A stretch of DNA of 63,739 nt, filler included, from Deltaproteobacteria bacterium (GTDB taxonomy: Bacteria > Myxococcota > JACRCW01), in assembly GCA_016218805.1 (NCBI GenBank). It is 3 parts of 3 records of this genome, joined end to end, with 100 filler letters (N's around TTAATTAATTAA, not from the genome) between each part and the next. Parts side by side here need not be neighbours in the genome. Positions count along the whole stretch, not along the records: positions 1 to 30,101 come from JACRCW010000102.1; positions 30,202 to 55,696 come from JACRCW010000107.1; 1 more part is not named here. The stretch is one strand, 5' to 3'. The position numbers and the translations under genes were made by a program. Below, in pieces: positions 21,007 to 32,526 of this stretch (its first letter is position 1; each line of letters begins with the position of its first letter). Below the pieces are notes generated by a model that saw only the letters and a program-made list of their open reading frames with translations, ran no database searches and was not told where the DNA came from.

Positions 21007-21088
21007 GCGGCGCCTCCACCACCCCGGGGGGCGGGTGGACCGTTATCCCCACAACGCACCCGCGCGGTCAAAGCCCGCGCGCGGGGTC

Positions 21089-22081
21089 CTACTCGGCTCC
21101 CTCGTCAGCCTCGGGTGCCGGCGCCTCTTCCGCCTGCGGTGGGTCCTCCTCCGCCGGGGCCGCGGACTCAGCCGGGGACGGGGCGGGCGGGGCTTCCTCC
21201 GCGGGGGGCGCCACGGGCGCCGGGGCCGGTGCCGGGGACGCCTTCTCCAGCAGCTCCTGCATGCGGCGGGCGGCCCGCGCGGCGGCCTTGGCCTCGCCGT
21301 GCTTGGGGTAGTCCCGCGCCGTGCGCTCGTAGTCCACGCGGGCACGCCGCCAGTCCTTCTCCTTCTCCCAGATGCGCGCCGCCTTGAGCAGCCCCGTGGG
21401 CGCAAAGTCCACGTCGGGGTACTGGTCCGCAATGCGCTCATAGCGGAAGGCCGCGCCCCGCGGGTGCTTCCGCTCGTAATAGCCCGCCACGTACCACTCG
21501 TGGTTGGCCAGGCGGCTGCGGGCCTCCTTGCGGAGCTTGCGCGCCTCCTCGGCGCGCTCGTGGTCTGGGAAGCGGATGAGGAAGTCATCAAACGCGCGTA
21601 CTGCGTCCATGGCGGCGGACTGGTCGCGTTCGGAGGCGTCCGGGAGGAAGAACCAGTCTTCCGGGATCTGCCGGTAGTGCGCCTTGGCCACCTGGAAGGT
21701 GGCGTAGGCCACCTCTTCGTGCGTGGGGTGCAGGCGCGTGAACTGGCGGTACGCGTCCATGGCGTCCATCCACTTTTCACGGCCAAAGTGGCTGTCCGCC
21801 AGGCGCAGCTCGGCAATGGTGGCGTACCGGCTGTGCGGGAACTTGGTGCGCACGTAGTCGAAGTACTTGGACGCGTCCTGCCATTCCTCCTTGAGGTACA
21901 GCTCCATGCCGCGGTGGAAGTTCTCGCGCGCGGTGGCGTAGTAGGTCACTTCCTCGCGCTCGCTGAGGAGGTTCTTAAGCCACAGCATCTGGCTGGGCCA
22001 GGGCAGCTCGGACAGGGACAGGCTGCGGCAGCCCCCCAGCGCCAGCAGCACCAGCAGCGGGACAACACGGCGGAACGTCAT
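21089..22081 (-). CDS. bamD: Outer membrane protein assembly factor BamD
   Basis: LGGC lipobox, FPHSRYA..AELRLAD, FTRLHP, ERDQ, RLANHEWYVAGYY. Confidence 0.85.
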   Translation of the reverse strand: MTFRRVVPLLVLLALGGCRSLSLSELPWPSQMLWLKNLLSEREEVTYYATARENFHRGMELYLKEEWQDASKYFDYVRTKFPHSRYATIAELRLADSHFGREKWMDAMDAYRQFTRLHPTHEEVAYATFQVAKAHYRQIPEDWFFLPDASERDQSAAMDAVRAFDDFLIRFPDHERAEEARKLRKEARSRLANHEWYVAGYYERKHPRGAAFRYERIADQYPDVDFAPTGLLKAARIWEKEKDWRRARVDYERTARDYPKHGEAKAAARAARRMQELLEKASPAPAPAPVAPPAEEAPPAPSPAESAAPAEEDPPQAEEAPAPEADEGAE

Positions 22082-22237
22082 GGCGGCGCGGTGTGTAGTC
22101 GCGGCGGGTGGCGGTGTCACCCGCGGCCGCCGGGTCCACGGGCCGGGCACCACCGGGAGGCCGGCCAGCCCAAATCAACGAGCGCGACCAGCACGTCACC
22201 AGGGTCCTGGAGTCCCGGTTTGGGCGGGTCAGGCGGC

Positions 22238-22405
22238 CAACCGTCACACTTTGCGGCGCCGGGGCGCCGGTCCAAGGTCAGGCATCACACTTCCCGGCGG
22301 GGAGTGTGACGGTTGAGCGCCTAGCCAGGGGTTACCTGGCGGGGAGTGTGACGGTTGAGCGCTCAACCAGGGGTGTACCCAGCGGGGAGTGTGAGGGTTG
22401 ACCGG
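22238..22405. repeat. Short repeat cluster (AGTGTGACGGTTG core)
   Basis: GGCGGGGAGTGTGACGGTTGAGCGC at 22296-22320 and 22338-22362, variant at 22381-22405, inverted core at 22238-22250. Confidence 0.8.
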
Positions 22406-22547
22406 GACCGGTTGGCGGCAGACGTGAGCGCGGGTTCACAGCGGGGCTCGTGTGGCGGCGTGTGGCTCGTCGGGGAACGGAGGGGCGTGACGGATGGCAC
22501 GCACCCCGCAAGCGGGGGAGCCGGGCGTGGAGACTGGACGACCTCCG

Positions 22548-22895
22548 ATGACAGCACTGTTCCTGGTCACGCTGCTTTCCGCGTCCGCGGGCGACGTGGA
22601 TGAACCCGCGGCATCCCCTTCCTTGCCCACGGTCTCACAGCGGCGCGAGGCCACGATCCTGCGCTCTTTGCGGACGCCGCTGGCGGGCCTGGTGGCGGTA
22701 TTCCCGTGCGCGGTGGTGGTGGCGGACGGTCCGTCGTGGCCGGCCAAGGTGGCGATTGGGATTGTGGTGGGGGTGGTGGTCCTGGCGGTGCTGGCCACAG
22801 CGCTGGGCGCGGGTGCCTGGTGGGTCCACGAAAAGGGCTTTGCGACGCGGGAGACGTCCGGCGGCGGTAACAACTGCAACCGCTGCCGGAACTGA
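22548..22895 (+). CDS. Small hypothetical membrane protein
   Basis: Signal-like N-terminus, one strong TM, C-terminal CNRC. Confidence 0.35.
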   Translation: MTALFLVTLLSASAGDVDEPAASPSLPTVSQRREATILRSLRTPLAGLVAVFPCAVVVADGPSWPAKVAIGIVVGVVVLAVLATALGAGAWWVHEKGFATRETSGGGNNCNRCRN

Positions 22896-23096
22896 GGCCG
22901 GCAAAGAGCGGAAGACCGGTGGGGCCGGCGTCACGCCGGCCGCTGGCACAAGCCCACCTCTGCGACCACAAGCCGGCGCAGCCGGCCCACCACCCGGCGC
23001 AACAGCTCTCTGGTGGCGGCGGTGAACGGGAGGACATGTGGGCGCCCGGCACGGACGCCGCTTGAGGCGTTGTCGCGCCGTTGGTACCCGTCGTCC

Positions 23097-25553
23097 ATGA
23101 CCACCACCCGCGCGCTGCACCTGGGCATTGACCTTGGCACCACCAACTCCACGGCAGCCATCTTTGACGGCGACCAGGTCACGCTGGTGCGCAACGCATC
23201 CGGGTCCACGCTCACGCCGTCCGTGGTCCGCCTGGACGCGCGCGGCAACGTGACGGTGGGCGCCAAGGCGCGCCGCTTCCTGGACAGTGACCCGCAGAAC
23301 GCGCGCGCCGAATTCAAGCGCCTGATGGGCACAGATGCCATGCTGGAGTTTGCGGCGGCGGGACAGAAGCGGTCACCGGTGCAGTTGTCCGCGGAGGTGC
23401 TGCGTGCGCTCCGCGTGGATGTGCGCGAACAGACGGGAGTGGAGCCCATGCGTGCGGTGGTGACGGTGCCCGCGCTGTTTGAAGTGCCGCAGAGCGCGGC
23501 CACGGCGGATGCGGCTCGGCTGGCGGGTTTTGAGAAGGTGGAGCTGTTGCAGGAGCCGGTGGCCAGCGCGCTGGCCGCGGGTTGGACGCGTGATGACGAG
23601 GGGCGCTGGTTGGTCTACGACCTGGGCGGCGGGACGTTTGACGTCTCCCTGCTGGAGACGCGCGACGGGATGCTGCGCGTGGTGAGCCACGACGGGGACA
23701 ACTTCCTGGGCGGGCGGGATGTGGACTGGGCCATTGTGGACTGGGCGCTGGGCCAGCTGACCACGGAGGTGGGCCGCGGGTTGTCCCGGGCGGATCCCGC
23801 GCTGGCCCCCGCGGTGCGCCGGCTCAAGGCCGCTGCCGAGGAGGCCAAGATGGAGGCCACGCGCGGCGCCGCGGGCACGCTGGTGGTGCCGGAGCTGGAC
23901 CTGGCGGGGACCCGGGTGGACGTGGACCTGCAGGTCAGCGCGGAGCTCCTGGAGACGCTGGCCATGCCGCTGGTGCGGCGGTCCGTGGACGTGTGTCAGC
24001 GGCTGCTGGCCACTGAGGGCGCGGGGAAGGCGCCGCTGACGCGCGTGGTGCTGGTGGGCGGCCCCACGGTGATGCCGTTCCTGCGCCGCGCGGTGAAGGA
24101 CGCGCTGGGGGCGCCGCTGGCGGAAGGGCTGGACCCCATGACGCTGGTGGCGCACGGTGCCGCGCTGTACGCGGGCACCGCCGGGCTGGACATGCGCGCG
24201 CCCGAGCCGGTGGCGCCGCACGCCCGGCCTCTTTGGCTCAAGTACCCGGCGGTGAGCACGGACCTCAAACCGTACGTGGTGGGCCGCGTGACGGATGATG
24301 CCTCCGCGGGCCCCGCGCCGGTGCGCCTTGGCCTGGTGCGTGATGACGGGTGGAAGAGTGACACGGTGGCGGTGGGTGCGGACGGTGCGTTTGTCCTGGC
24401 GCTGGAGCTGTTGCCGCGGCGGCGCAACGTGTTCCGCGTGGAGGCCACCGGGGCGGACGGCGCGCCGGTGGCCGTGCATCCGTCTGAGCTGGCCATTGTC
24501 CAGGGGCTGACCATCACGGACCCGCCGCTGTCGCGCGCCATTGGCGTGGCGCTGGCCAACAACCGCGTGCGCGTGTTCTTTGACAGAGGAACGCCGCTGC
24601 CGGCCCGCCGCACGCTCACGCTGCACACGGTGGAGAGCGTGGCGCGCGGCCACGTGGACAGCATCCTGCGCATCCCCATCATCCAGGGCGAATACGACCA
24701 CGCGCACCTGTGCCGGCTGGTGGGGGCGCTGGACATTGGCGGGCAGGCGCTGCGGGAGAGCCTGCCGCTGGGAAGCGGCATTGAGGTGACCCTGGAGCTG
24801 GACCGCGGCGGGCGGCTGGGCGCGCGCGCGCTGGTGCCGTCATCCGGGCAGGTGTTTGAAGGGGTGGCGCACCTGCTGGTCCCCGAGGCGGACGTCTCCA
24901 CGCTGGAGGAACTGCTGCGGTCCATCCGCGCGCGCGTGGCCAGGATGCGGCAGGAGGCGTTCCTGGCCGGCACCACCACCACGCTGGCCCGGCTGGTGGG
25001 CCCGGACGCTGCGCTGGCGGACATTGCGCGGGACCTGGCCGCGGCGCACGGCGGTGACGCGGACGCGGCGCAGCGCGCGCGCCGGAGCCTGCAGGAGCTG
25101 GAGGCGGCGCTGGAGGAGATGGACACGCTGCGGCGCTGGCCGGAGCTGCTGGACGAGGCGCGGCGCAAGCTGGCCTGGACGGCGATGCAGGTGTCCGACC
25201 GCGGCACGCCGCAGGAGAAGCGCCTGCTGGGCGAGGTGGAGGAGGCGGTGGAGCGCGCCCGGCAGGGACGGCAGATGTTGGAGATGGAGCGGCAGCTGCA
25301 CGTTGCCATGGACCTGGGGAACGCCGCGTGGTTCCGCAACCCGGAGCACTGGGTGCTGGCGTTTGAGGACGCCGAGGCGGAGGTGGAGCGCGCCACGGAT
25401 CTCCCCAAGGCGCAGGTGCTGGTGCAGGAAGGCCGCAAGGCCGTGGACAAGGAGGACTACGAGACGGTGAAGGAGAAGGTCCGCGCGCTGTGGCGGTTGT
25501 TGCCGCCGGAGGTGGCGGAGCGACGTCAGGGGTTCGACTCCGGGGTGCGCTGA
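23097..25553 (+). CDS. Non-canonical Hsp70 family protein
   Basis: GIDLGTTNS, TVPA, EPVA, DLGGGTFD, GDNFLGG, LVGG; extended C-terminal half. Confidence 0.9.
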   Translation: MTTTRALHLGIDLGTTNSTAAIFDGDQVTLVRNASGSTLTPSVVRLDARGNVTVGAKARRFLDSDPQNARAEFKRLMGTDAMLEFAAAGQKRSPVQLSAEVLRALRVDVREQTGVEPMRAVVTVPALFEVPQSAATADAARLAGFEKVELLQEPVASALAAGWTRDDEGRWLVYDLGGGTFDVSLLETRDGMLRVVSHDGDNFLGGRDVDWAIVDWALGQLTTEVGRGLSRADPALAPAVRRLKAAAEEAKMEATRGAAGTLVVPELDLAGTRVDVDLQVSAELLETLAMPLVRRSVDVCQRLLATEGAGKAPLTRVVLVGGPTVMPFLRRAVKDALGAPLAEGLDPMTLVAHGAALYAGTAGLDMRAPEPVAPHARPLWLKYPAVSTDLKPYVVGRVTDDASAGPAPVRLGLVRDDGWKSDTVAVGADGAFVLALELLPRRRNVFRVEATGADGAPVAVHPSELAIVQGLTITDPPLSRAIGVALANNRVRVFFDRGTPLPARRTLTLHTVESVARGHVDSILRIPIIQGEYDHAHLCRLVGALDIGGQALRESLPLGSGIEVTLELDRGGRLGARALVPSSGQVFEGVAHLLVPEADVSTLEELLRSIRARVARMRQEAFLAGTTTTLARLVGPDAALADIARDLAAAHGGDADAAQRARRSLQELEAALEEMDTLRRWPELLDEARRKLAWTAMQVSDRGTPQEKRLLGEVEEAVERARQGRQMLEMERQLHVAMDLGNAAWFRNPEHWVLAFEDAEAEVERATDLPKAQVLVQEGRKAVDKEDYETVKEKVRALWRLLPPEVAERRQGFDSGVR

Positions 25554-25603
25554 CCCGTGTGGCTCAGTTGACACACCCGCCCGTTCCAAGCGGAGATGTG
25601 GGC

Positions 25604-27838
25604 ATGAGCAACCGGGCACGGGTGGGCGGTCTGTTTGTGTTGGCGGCGGTGGGCGTGGTGGGCGCGGGACCGCTACTGGCCAAGGGCGGGCCGGGCAAGG
25701 TGGTCAAGAAGGAGGCGCCGGCCTCCAACGACGCGCGCCTGAAGGGTGAGGCCGCGCTCAAGCGCATCCAGGAACTGGAACTGCAGCGCGGCAACGCGTC
25801 TGACGTATTCCAGTTCATGACGAGCCCGGAGGCGGCGGTGCGCACGCGCGCCGCACTGGCGCTGGGACGGCTGCAGGACTGGACGGTGGTGGAGCCGCTG
25901 GTGGAGTACCTCACGGATCCTGACGTCAACGTCCGCAAGACCACCGCGTTTGCGCTGGGCGAATTTGACCCGGTGATGCCGTTGCTGGTCACGCAGATCA
26001 AGGCGGGCCGCAAGGGGGATGACCCGCTGGTGAAGGGCCCGGCCCTGGCGCGCGCGGCGGCGGAGAAGAAGCTGGACGCGCGGCTGCACCTGGAGGACCG
26101 CGCCGAGGTGCGGCGCGCGCTGTACACGGGGCTGGGTCCGCTGGCCATTGGCGCGGGGCTGCACCACCTGCAGTTCGGTCTGGAGGCGGGTGAGGACGAG
26201 GCGGCGTGGGCCGCGCGCGCGCTGGGCGTGCACGGACACCGGCGGCGGCAGGAGGCGGTCCAGGACAAGGAGATCATGGACGCGCTCAAGAAACTGCTGC
26301 CCAGCAAGAACCCGGACACGCGCTTTGGTGCCGTCTACGCGCTGTTCCGCCTGTCCGCCGCGGAGGTGCCGCTGGTGCGTGACGCGCTGGGCACGGATAC
26401 CGATGCGCGCGTGCGCCTGTACGCGGCGCGGGCGTTGGCCGGGCGCGCCGGCGGTGAGGACGCCCTGCTGTCCGCCATGCGGGACCCCGACTGGCGCGTC
26501 CGCGTGGAGGCGGTCAAAGCGCTGGGTGACGCGCCCGCCCCGCGCGGCATTGCCAATGCGTCCGACGTGACCGCGGTGGGGGCAGCGGCCAAGGACGCGC
26601 TGAGCGCGCTGCTGGCATCCTCCGGGCTGACCAACGCGCCGCTGGCGCACGTGGTGGTGACCGCCGCGGGTGTGCTGGCGCGGGCGCCGCCGCAGCTGGC
26701 CGGGCCGCAGCTGGACGCGCTGGCGGCGCTGGTGGACGTGGCGCCCTCCGGGGCGGCCCAGGCGCCCGGCAAGACGGTGGCCACCGCGCGCAAGCCGGAA
26801 GAGTACGCCGCGGTGCGCTGCGCGGTGGCGCGGGCGTTGGACATTGTGGGCGGGAACCCGCAGCGGGTGCTGCAGTGCGGCCCCGCCGGTGAACCCGCGT
26901 GGATGGCGCCGGCGCGCGCCATGGACGTGCTGGCCGGGATGCCGGGCAATGACGGGGAGCGCGCGCGCCGGTTGCAGGCCTACCTGCACCACGCGGACGC
27001 GCACGTCCGCCTCAAGGCGGCTGACGCGCTGGCCGAGACGGATCCGGTGAAGGCCCCCGACGTGGGCACGCTGCTGGCCGAGCAGGTGGGCGGCGAGACG
27101 GATCCCGGCGCCGCGTTTGCCATGGCGGACGGCATCAAGACGCGCGCGGTGGCCTCCATGAGCGGCGAGCTGCGCAAGGCGTTGCGCCGTTTTGCCGCCA
27201 GCCCCGCGGGTGACCACGGCGAGGCCTGCGTGGCGCTGGTGGAAGCGCTGGCCGCCTGCGGCGTGTCCGACGCCATTGAGGACATCAAGCCGCTGCTGGG
27301 CGCGCCGTCCGTGCGCCTGCGCCGCGCCGCGCACTCCGCCATCAGCGCGCTGGGCGGCACGCTCAGCCCGCTGGCTCTCAGGGACCCGCCGTTCTGGCCG
27401 GACCCGCCGGCCTCACTGCCGGCGCGCGCCACCGTGAAGACCACGCGCGGGGACGTGGTGCTGCGCTTCTACCGGGATGATGCGCCGCTGACGGTGACCA
27501 ACTTTGTGAAGCTGGCCCGCAAGGGGTTCTACAAGAACGTGCGCTTCCACCGCGTGGTGCCGGACTTTGTGGTGCAGGGCGGGGACCCGCGCGCAGACGG
27601 CTTTGGCGGGCCCGGCCACGTCATCCCCTGCGAATACAACCCGCGCCCCTATGAACGCGGCGTGGTGGGCATGGCCCTGTCCGGCAAGGACAGCGGCGGC
27701 AGCCAGTTCTTCATCACGCATTCCCCGCAGCCCCACCTGGACGGCAACTACACCGCGTTTGCTGAGGTGGAGCAGGGCATGGAGGTGGTGGACGCCCTCC
27801 AGGTGGATGACGCCATCCTGGATGTGTCCGCGCCCTGA
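25604..27838 (+). CDS. HEAT-repeat + cyclophilin peptidyl-prolyl isomerase
   Basis: Signal peptide, HEAT repeats (VRTRAALALGRL, DPDWRVRVEAVKAL), FHRVVPDFVVQGGDP, SQFFITH..PHLDG. Confidence 0.92.
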   Translation: MSNRARVGGLFVLAAVGVVGAGPLLAKGGPGKVVKKEAPASNDARLKGEAALKRIQELELQRGNASDVFQFMTSPEAAVRTRAALALGRLQDWTVVEPLVEYLTDPDVNVRKTTAFALGEFDPVMPLLVTQIKAGRKGDDPLVKGPALARAAAEKKLDARLHLEDRAEVRRALYTGLGPLAIGAGLHHLQFGLEAGEDEAAWAARALGVHGHRRRQEAVQDKEIMDALKKLLPSKNPDTRFGAVYALFRLSAAEVPLVRDALGTDTDARVRLYAARALAGRAGGEDALLSAMRDPDWRVRVEAVKALGDAPAPRGIANASDVTAVGAAAKDALSALLASSGLTNAPLAHVVVTAAGVLARAPPQLAGPQLDALAALVDVAPSGAAQAPGKTVATARKPEEYAAVRCAVARALDIVGGNPQRVLQCGPAGEPAWMAPARAMDVLAGMPGNDGERARRLQAYLHHADAHVRLKAADALAETDPVKAPDVGTLLAEQVGGETDPGAAFAMADGIKTRAVASMSGELRKALRRFAASPAGDHGEACVALVEALAACGVSDAIEDIKPLLGAPSVRLRRAAHSAISALGGTLSPLALRDPPFWPDPPASLPARATVKTTRGDVVLRFYRDDAPLTVTNFVKLARKGFYKNVRFHRVVPDFVVQGGDPRADGFGGPGHVIPCEYNPRPYERGVVGMALSGKDSGGSQFFITHSPQPHLDGNYTAFAEVEQGMEVVDALQVDDAILDVSAP

Positions 27839-27841
27839 GCC

Positions 27842-29260
<1,419 letters not shown>

Positions 29261-29321
29261 CGGCGTGGCCGGCGCGGCAGACGCCGTGGGGAAACGCACG
29301 GTTGCCGCCGCTGACCCGCGC

Positions 29322-29350
29322 TTGACTCCATCCCCCACGCCTTCTATGGA
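29322..29350 (+). promoter_or_regulatory. Putative promoter of tRNA-tuf operon
   Basis: TTGACT, 17-bp spacer, TATGGA, then GC-rich discriminator GGGCGCCC. Confidence 0.5.
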
Positions 29351-29401
29351 GGGCGCCCTCCAAAACGTCCCACCCGTCCCCAACCGGGACGGATGGGCCG
29401 G

Positions 29402-29477
29402 GCTGGCGTAGCTCAACTGGCAGAGCACCTGATTTGTAATCAGGCGGTTGTAGGTTCAATTCCTATCGCCAGCTCCA
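29402..29477 (+). tRNA. tRNA-Thr(TGT)
   Basis: Cloverleaf GCTGGCG/CGCCAGC, anticodon arm CCTGA-TTTGTAA-TCAGG, encoded CCA. Confidence 0.96.
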
Positions 29478-29541
29478 GATTGGGAAGGATTTCCGGGTTT
29501 GTCGTCGTAAGAGGAGCAGGAGGAAACGAGCAGAAAGACGT

Positions 29542-29625
29542 GCACAGGTGCCCGAGTGGCTAAAGGGAGCAGACTGTAAATCTGCCGCGCCAAGCGCTAC
29601 GGTGGTTCGAATCCATCCCTGTGCA
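29542..29625 (+). tRNA. tRNA-Tyr(GTA)
   Basis: GCACAGG/CCTGTGC, GCAGA-CTGTAAA-TCTGC, long variable arm; CCA not encoded. Confidence 0.95.
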
Positions 29626-29706
29626 TCCTCTCTTCTCGTCGGAATACACACTGGCTGCCGCGGGGTGCACGGTGCACTGCGCGCAAGAAGGGATGGAAAG
29701 GGTCGG

Positions 29707-29782
29707 GCGGGAGTAGCTCAGTTGGCAGAGCGTCAGCCTTCCAAGCTGAATGTCGCGGGTTCGAGCCCCGTCTCCCGCTCCA
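29707..29782 (+). tRNA. tRNA-Gly(TCC)
   Basis: GCGGGAG/CTCCCGC, TCAGC-CTTCCAA-GCTGA, encoded CCA. Confidence 0.96.
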
Positions 29783-29792
29783 CGCATCGGTT

Positions 29793-29865
<73 letters not shown>

Positions 29866-29936
29866 TAACGGAGTTCGCTGGTTCACAGAAAGAAGCGCTG
29901 CCGCCTGCGGGCGGCCCAAGCGGATGGAGTCGGAAC

Positions 29937-30101
29937 ATGGGCAAGGAAAAATTTGACCGCAGCAAGCCGCACGTGAACATCGGGACCATTGGCCACGTGG
30001 ACCATGGCAAGACCACGCTGACCGCGGCCATCACCAAGGTGCTGGCGGCCAAGAACCCCAAGATCGTGTACCGGGCGTACGACTCCATTGACAATGCGCC
30101 G
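29937..30101 (+). CDS. tuf: Elongation factor Tu, 5' fragment at contig end
   Basis: [33 protein letters not shown]; canonical position after Thr-Tyr-Gly-Thr tRNAs. Confidence 0.97.
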
Positions 30102-30201
30102 NNNNNNNNNNNNNNNNNNNNNNNNNNNNNNNNNNNNNNNNNNNNTTAATTAATTAANNNNNNNNNNNNNNNNNNNNNNNNNNNNNNNNNNNNNNNNNNN
30201 N
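30102..30201. other. Artificial contig linker
   Basis: N run with central TTAATTAATTAA (stops in all six frames). Confidence 0.97.
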
Positions 30202-30351
30202 AACCTGAGCAAGCAGGCGGTCCACGCAGAACCCCGCGCCGGGAGGCGCCGGGAACCAGATAGACCGTCGGCGGGACGAAACCCGCTGGGTCACGCGTCT
30301 CCACCCCGAGGTGGGCGGCGCGTGCATCCCACGGGTGGGCTTGGTGACCGG

Positions 30352-30969
30352 ATGACCAGGGAACGCGACTCTGACAGACCGCGGGAAAAACGTAGCTGGC
30401 GCGAGATTGACCGCGCCCGCGAGTCGGGCCAGCAGCGCCAGTCGCCGGAGGACCGCGACAAGGAACGCGGCATCCAGCAGAACGGCACCGCGTATGACAA
30501 GTACAAGAAGAACCTGGAGCGGCTGTGGAACACCGGCAACATGCTGGAGCTGCTGGAGCAGCGCGGCGAGGTGACCACCGCGCGCGCCACCGCCGCCGGC
30601 GTGGCCCACGAGGAAGCGGAGCCGCAGCGGCCCGTGATCAAGCGGACCCCCGAGGAGCGCGCCAAGGAGCGGGATGCACGGGAGTCGCTTCGCAAGGCGG
30701 TGGGGCCGGCCGAGGTGAAGGCGGCCGTGGAGGGTTACCTGGCGGTGGCCAAGGTGCTGCCGGATGACATGGAGCTGCTGTCCAAGGCGCTGGCCAGCCC
30801 CGCGGAGCGCCACCAGGCCGCCGCGCTGCGCCTGCTGGACCAGCGGGCCAACCTGGGTGCGGACGCCGCCGCGCGCCTGCTCAAGGGGCGGCTGCAGACC
30901 GTGATGCTGACGGCCAGTGAGCCGGAGACCAAGACACTGGCCGAATCCGTGCGTGCCAAGCTGGGCTGA
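30352..30969 (+). CDS. Hypothetical helical protein
   Basis: Native codon usage, charged/helical; start uncertain (frame open back to contig edge). Confidence 0.65.
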   Translation: MTRERDSDRPREKRSWREIDRARESGQQRQSPEDRDKERGIQQNGTAYDKYKKNLERLWNTGNMLELLEQRGEVTTARATAAGVAHEEAEPQRPVIKRTPEERAKERDARESLRKAVGPAEVKAAVEGYLAVAKVLPDDMELLSKALASPAERHQAAALRLLDQRANLGADAAARLLKGRLQTVMLTASEPETKTLAESVRAKLG

Positions 30970-31010
30970 CCCTGTGCTATGGGCCCATCCTCCTGTGAGA
31001 GGAATGGCCC

Positions 31011-32438
31011 ATGAGCGAGAAGCCCAAGAAGTCCGAGGCGGTTGAAGAGCCCGTCGTCATGCAGAAGCTGGTGAGCCTGGCCAAGCGCCGCGGGCTCATC
31101 TTCCAGTCATCAGAAATCTACGGCGGGCTGCGCTCCGCGTATGACTACGGCCCCCTGGGCGTGGAGCTCAAGCGCAACATCAAGAACCTGTGGTGGCGCA
31201 CTATGGTCCACGAGCGCGAGGACGTGGTGGGCATTGACGCGTCCATCATCATGCACCCGCGCGTGTGGGAGGCCTCCGGGCACGTGGCCGGCTTCACCGA
31301 CCCGCTGGTGGACTGCCGCGCCTGCCAGAACCGCTTCCGCGCGGACAAGGCGCCCACCGCCGAGGACGGGAAGATCCGCTGCCCCAACTGCGGCAGCGGC
31401 AACCTGTCCGACGTGCGCAAGTTCAACCTGATGTTCAAGACGCACCTGGGCCCCGTGGAGGATGACTCCGCCGTGGTGTTCCTGCGGCCCGAGACCGCGC
31501 AGGCGATGTTTGTGAACTTCCTCAACGTGCAGCAGAGCTACCGGCTCAAGCCGCCGTTTGGCATTGCGCAGCAGGGCAAGAGCTTCCGCAATGAGATCAC
31601 CGTGGAGCACTTCACCTTCCGCTCGTGCGAGTTTGAGCAGATGGAGATGGAGTACTTTGTCCCGCCGCCGCAGTACTCCGACGAGGGCAAAGGCCCCGAC
31701 TACTGGTACGACTACTGGAGGAAGCTGCGGCTCAACTGGTACACCGAGACGCTGGGCATCCGCGCGGAGAAGCTGCGCCTGCGCGAGCACGACGCTGCCG
31801 AGCTGGCCCACTACGCCAAGGGCTGCGCCGACGTGGAATACGACTACCCGTGGGGCTGGGGCGAGCTGGAAGGCATCGCCTCCCGCAGCGACTTTGACCT
31901 CACGCAGCACCAGAAGTTCTCCGGGAAGAAACTCACGTATTTTGACCCGGACAAGAAGGCGCACTACCTGCCGTGGGTCATTGAGCCCGCCGCGGGAGCG
32001 GACCGCACCGCCCTGGCCGTGCTCATTGACGCGTATGACGAGGAGCCACCGCCGCCCGATGCCAAGGGCGACAACGTGGAGCCGCGCGTGGTGCTGCGGC
32101 TGGACCCGCGGGTGGCGCCCATCAAGGTGGCCGTGCTGCCGCTGGTGAAGAAGGAGGGCATGCCCGAGCGCGCCCGCGAGATCATCCGCGCCTTCTTCAA
32201 GAACGGGGTCAACGCGTTCTACGACGAGAAGGACGCCGTGGGCCGCCGCTACCGCCGCCAGGACGAGGTGGGCACCCCGTTCTGCATCACCGTGGACGGG
32301 CAGACCGCGCAGGACCAGACGGTCACCCTGCGCTACCGCGACGACATGCAGCAGGACCGCATCAAGATTGCCGACGCGCTGGAAACGGTGACCAAGAAGG
32401 TCATGGCCGGGGGCCGTGACGTTCGCAAGCCCGGGTGA
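31011..32438 (+). CDS. glyQS: Glycine--tRNA ligase (alpha2 type)
   Basis: KRRG..SSEIYGG, YDYGPLG, LRPETAQ, GKSFRNEI, EFEQME, ELEGIA, GRRYRRQDEVGTP. Confidence 0.97.
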   Translation: MSEKPKKSEAVEEPVVMQKLVSLAKRRGLIFQSSEIYGGLRSAYDYGPLGVELKRNIKNLWWRTMVHEREDVVGIDASIIMHPRVWEASGHVAGFTDPLVDCRACQNRFRADKAPTAEDGKIRCPNCGSGNLSDVRKFNLMFKTHLGPVEDDSAVVFLRPETAQAMFVNFLNVQQSYRLKPPFGIAQQGKSFRNEITVEHFTFRSCEFEQMEMEYFVPPPQYSDEGKGPDYWYDYWRKLRLNWYTETLGIRAEKLRLREHDAAELAHYAKGCADVEYDYPWGWGELEGIASRSDFDLTQHQKFSGKKLTYFDPDKKAHYLPWVIEPAAGADRTALAVLIDAYDEEPPPPDAKGDNVEPRVVLRLDPRVAPIKVAVLPLVKKEGMPERAREIIRAFFKNGVNAFYDEKDAVGRRYRRQDEVGTPFCITVDGQTAQDQTVTLRYRDDMQQDRIKIADALETVTKKVMAGGRDVRKPG

Positions 32439-32526
32439 TCCCGGGGGATTCCGCGTGAACGCCCCCGCGCCCTAGACCCTTCCTCCGCCCTGCCCGTTGG
32501 GTACGGGTGGGAGTCCCAAGGCTGGC

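Noticed and set aside
22296..22405. Possible mini-CRISPR array
   Set aside because: Only three copies, linkers of 17-18 bp that resemble each other, no cas genes
30102..30201. TTAATTAATTAA palindrome inside N runs (also 55697-55796)
   Set aside because: Identical 100-bp artificial linkers; the truncated tuf and cross-gap neighbourhoods are artefacts
30202..30350. Partial resemblance to the 5' part of a ydaO (c-di-AMP) riboswitch
   Set aside because: Downstream conserved blocks are missing and the stretch is in open frame with the next ORF
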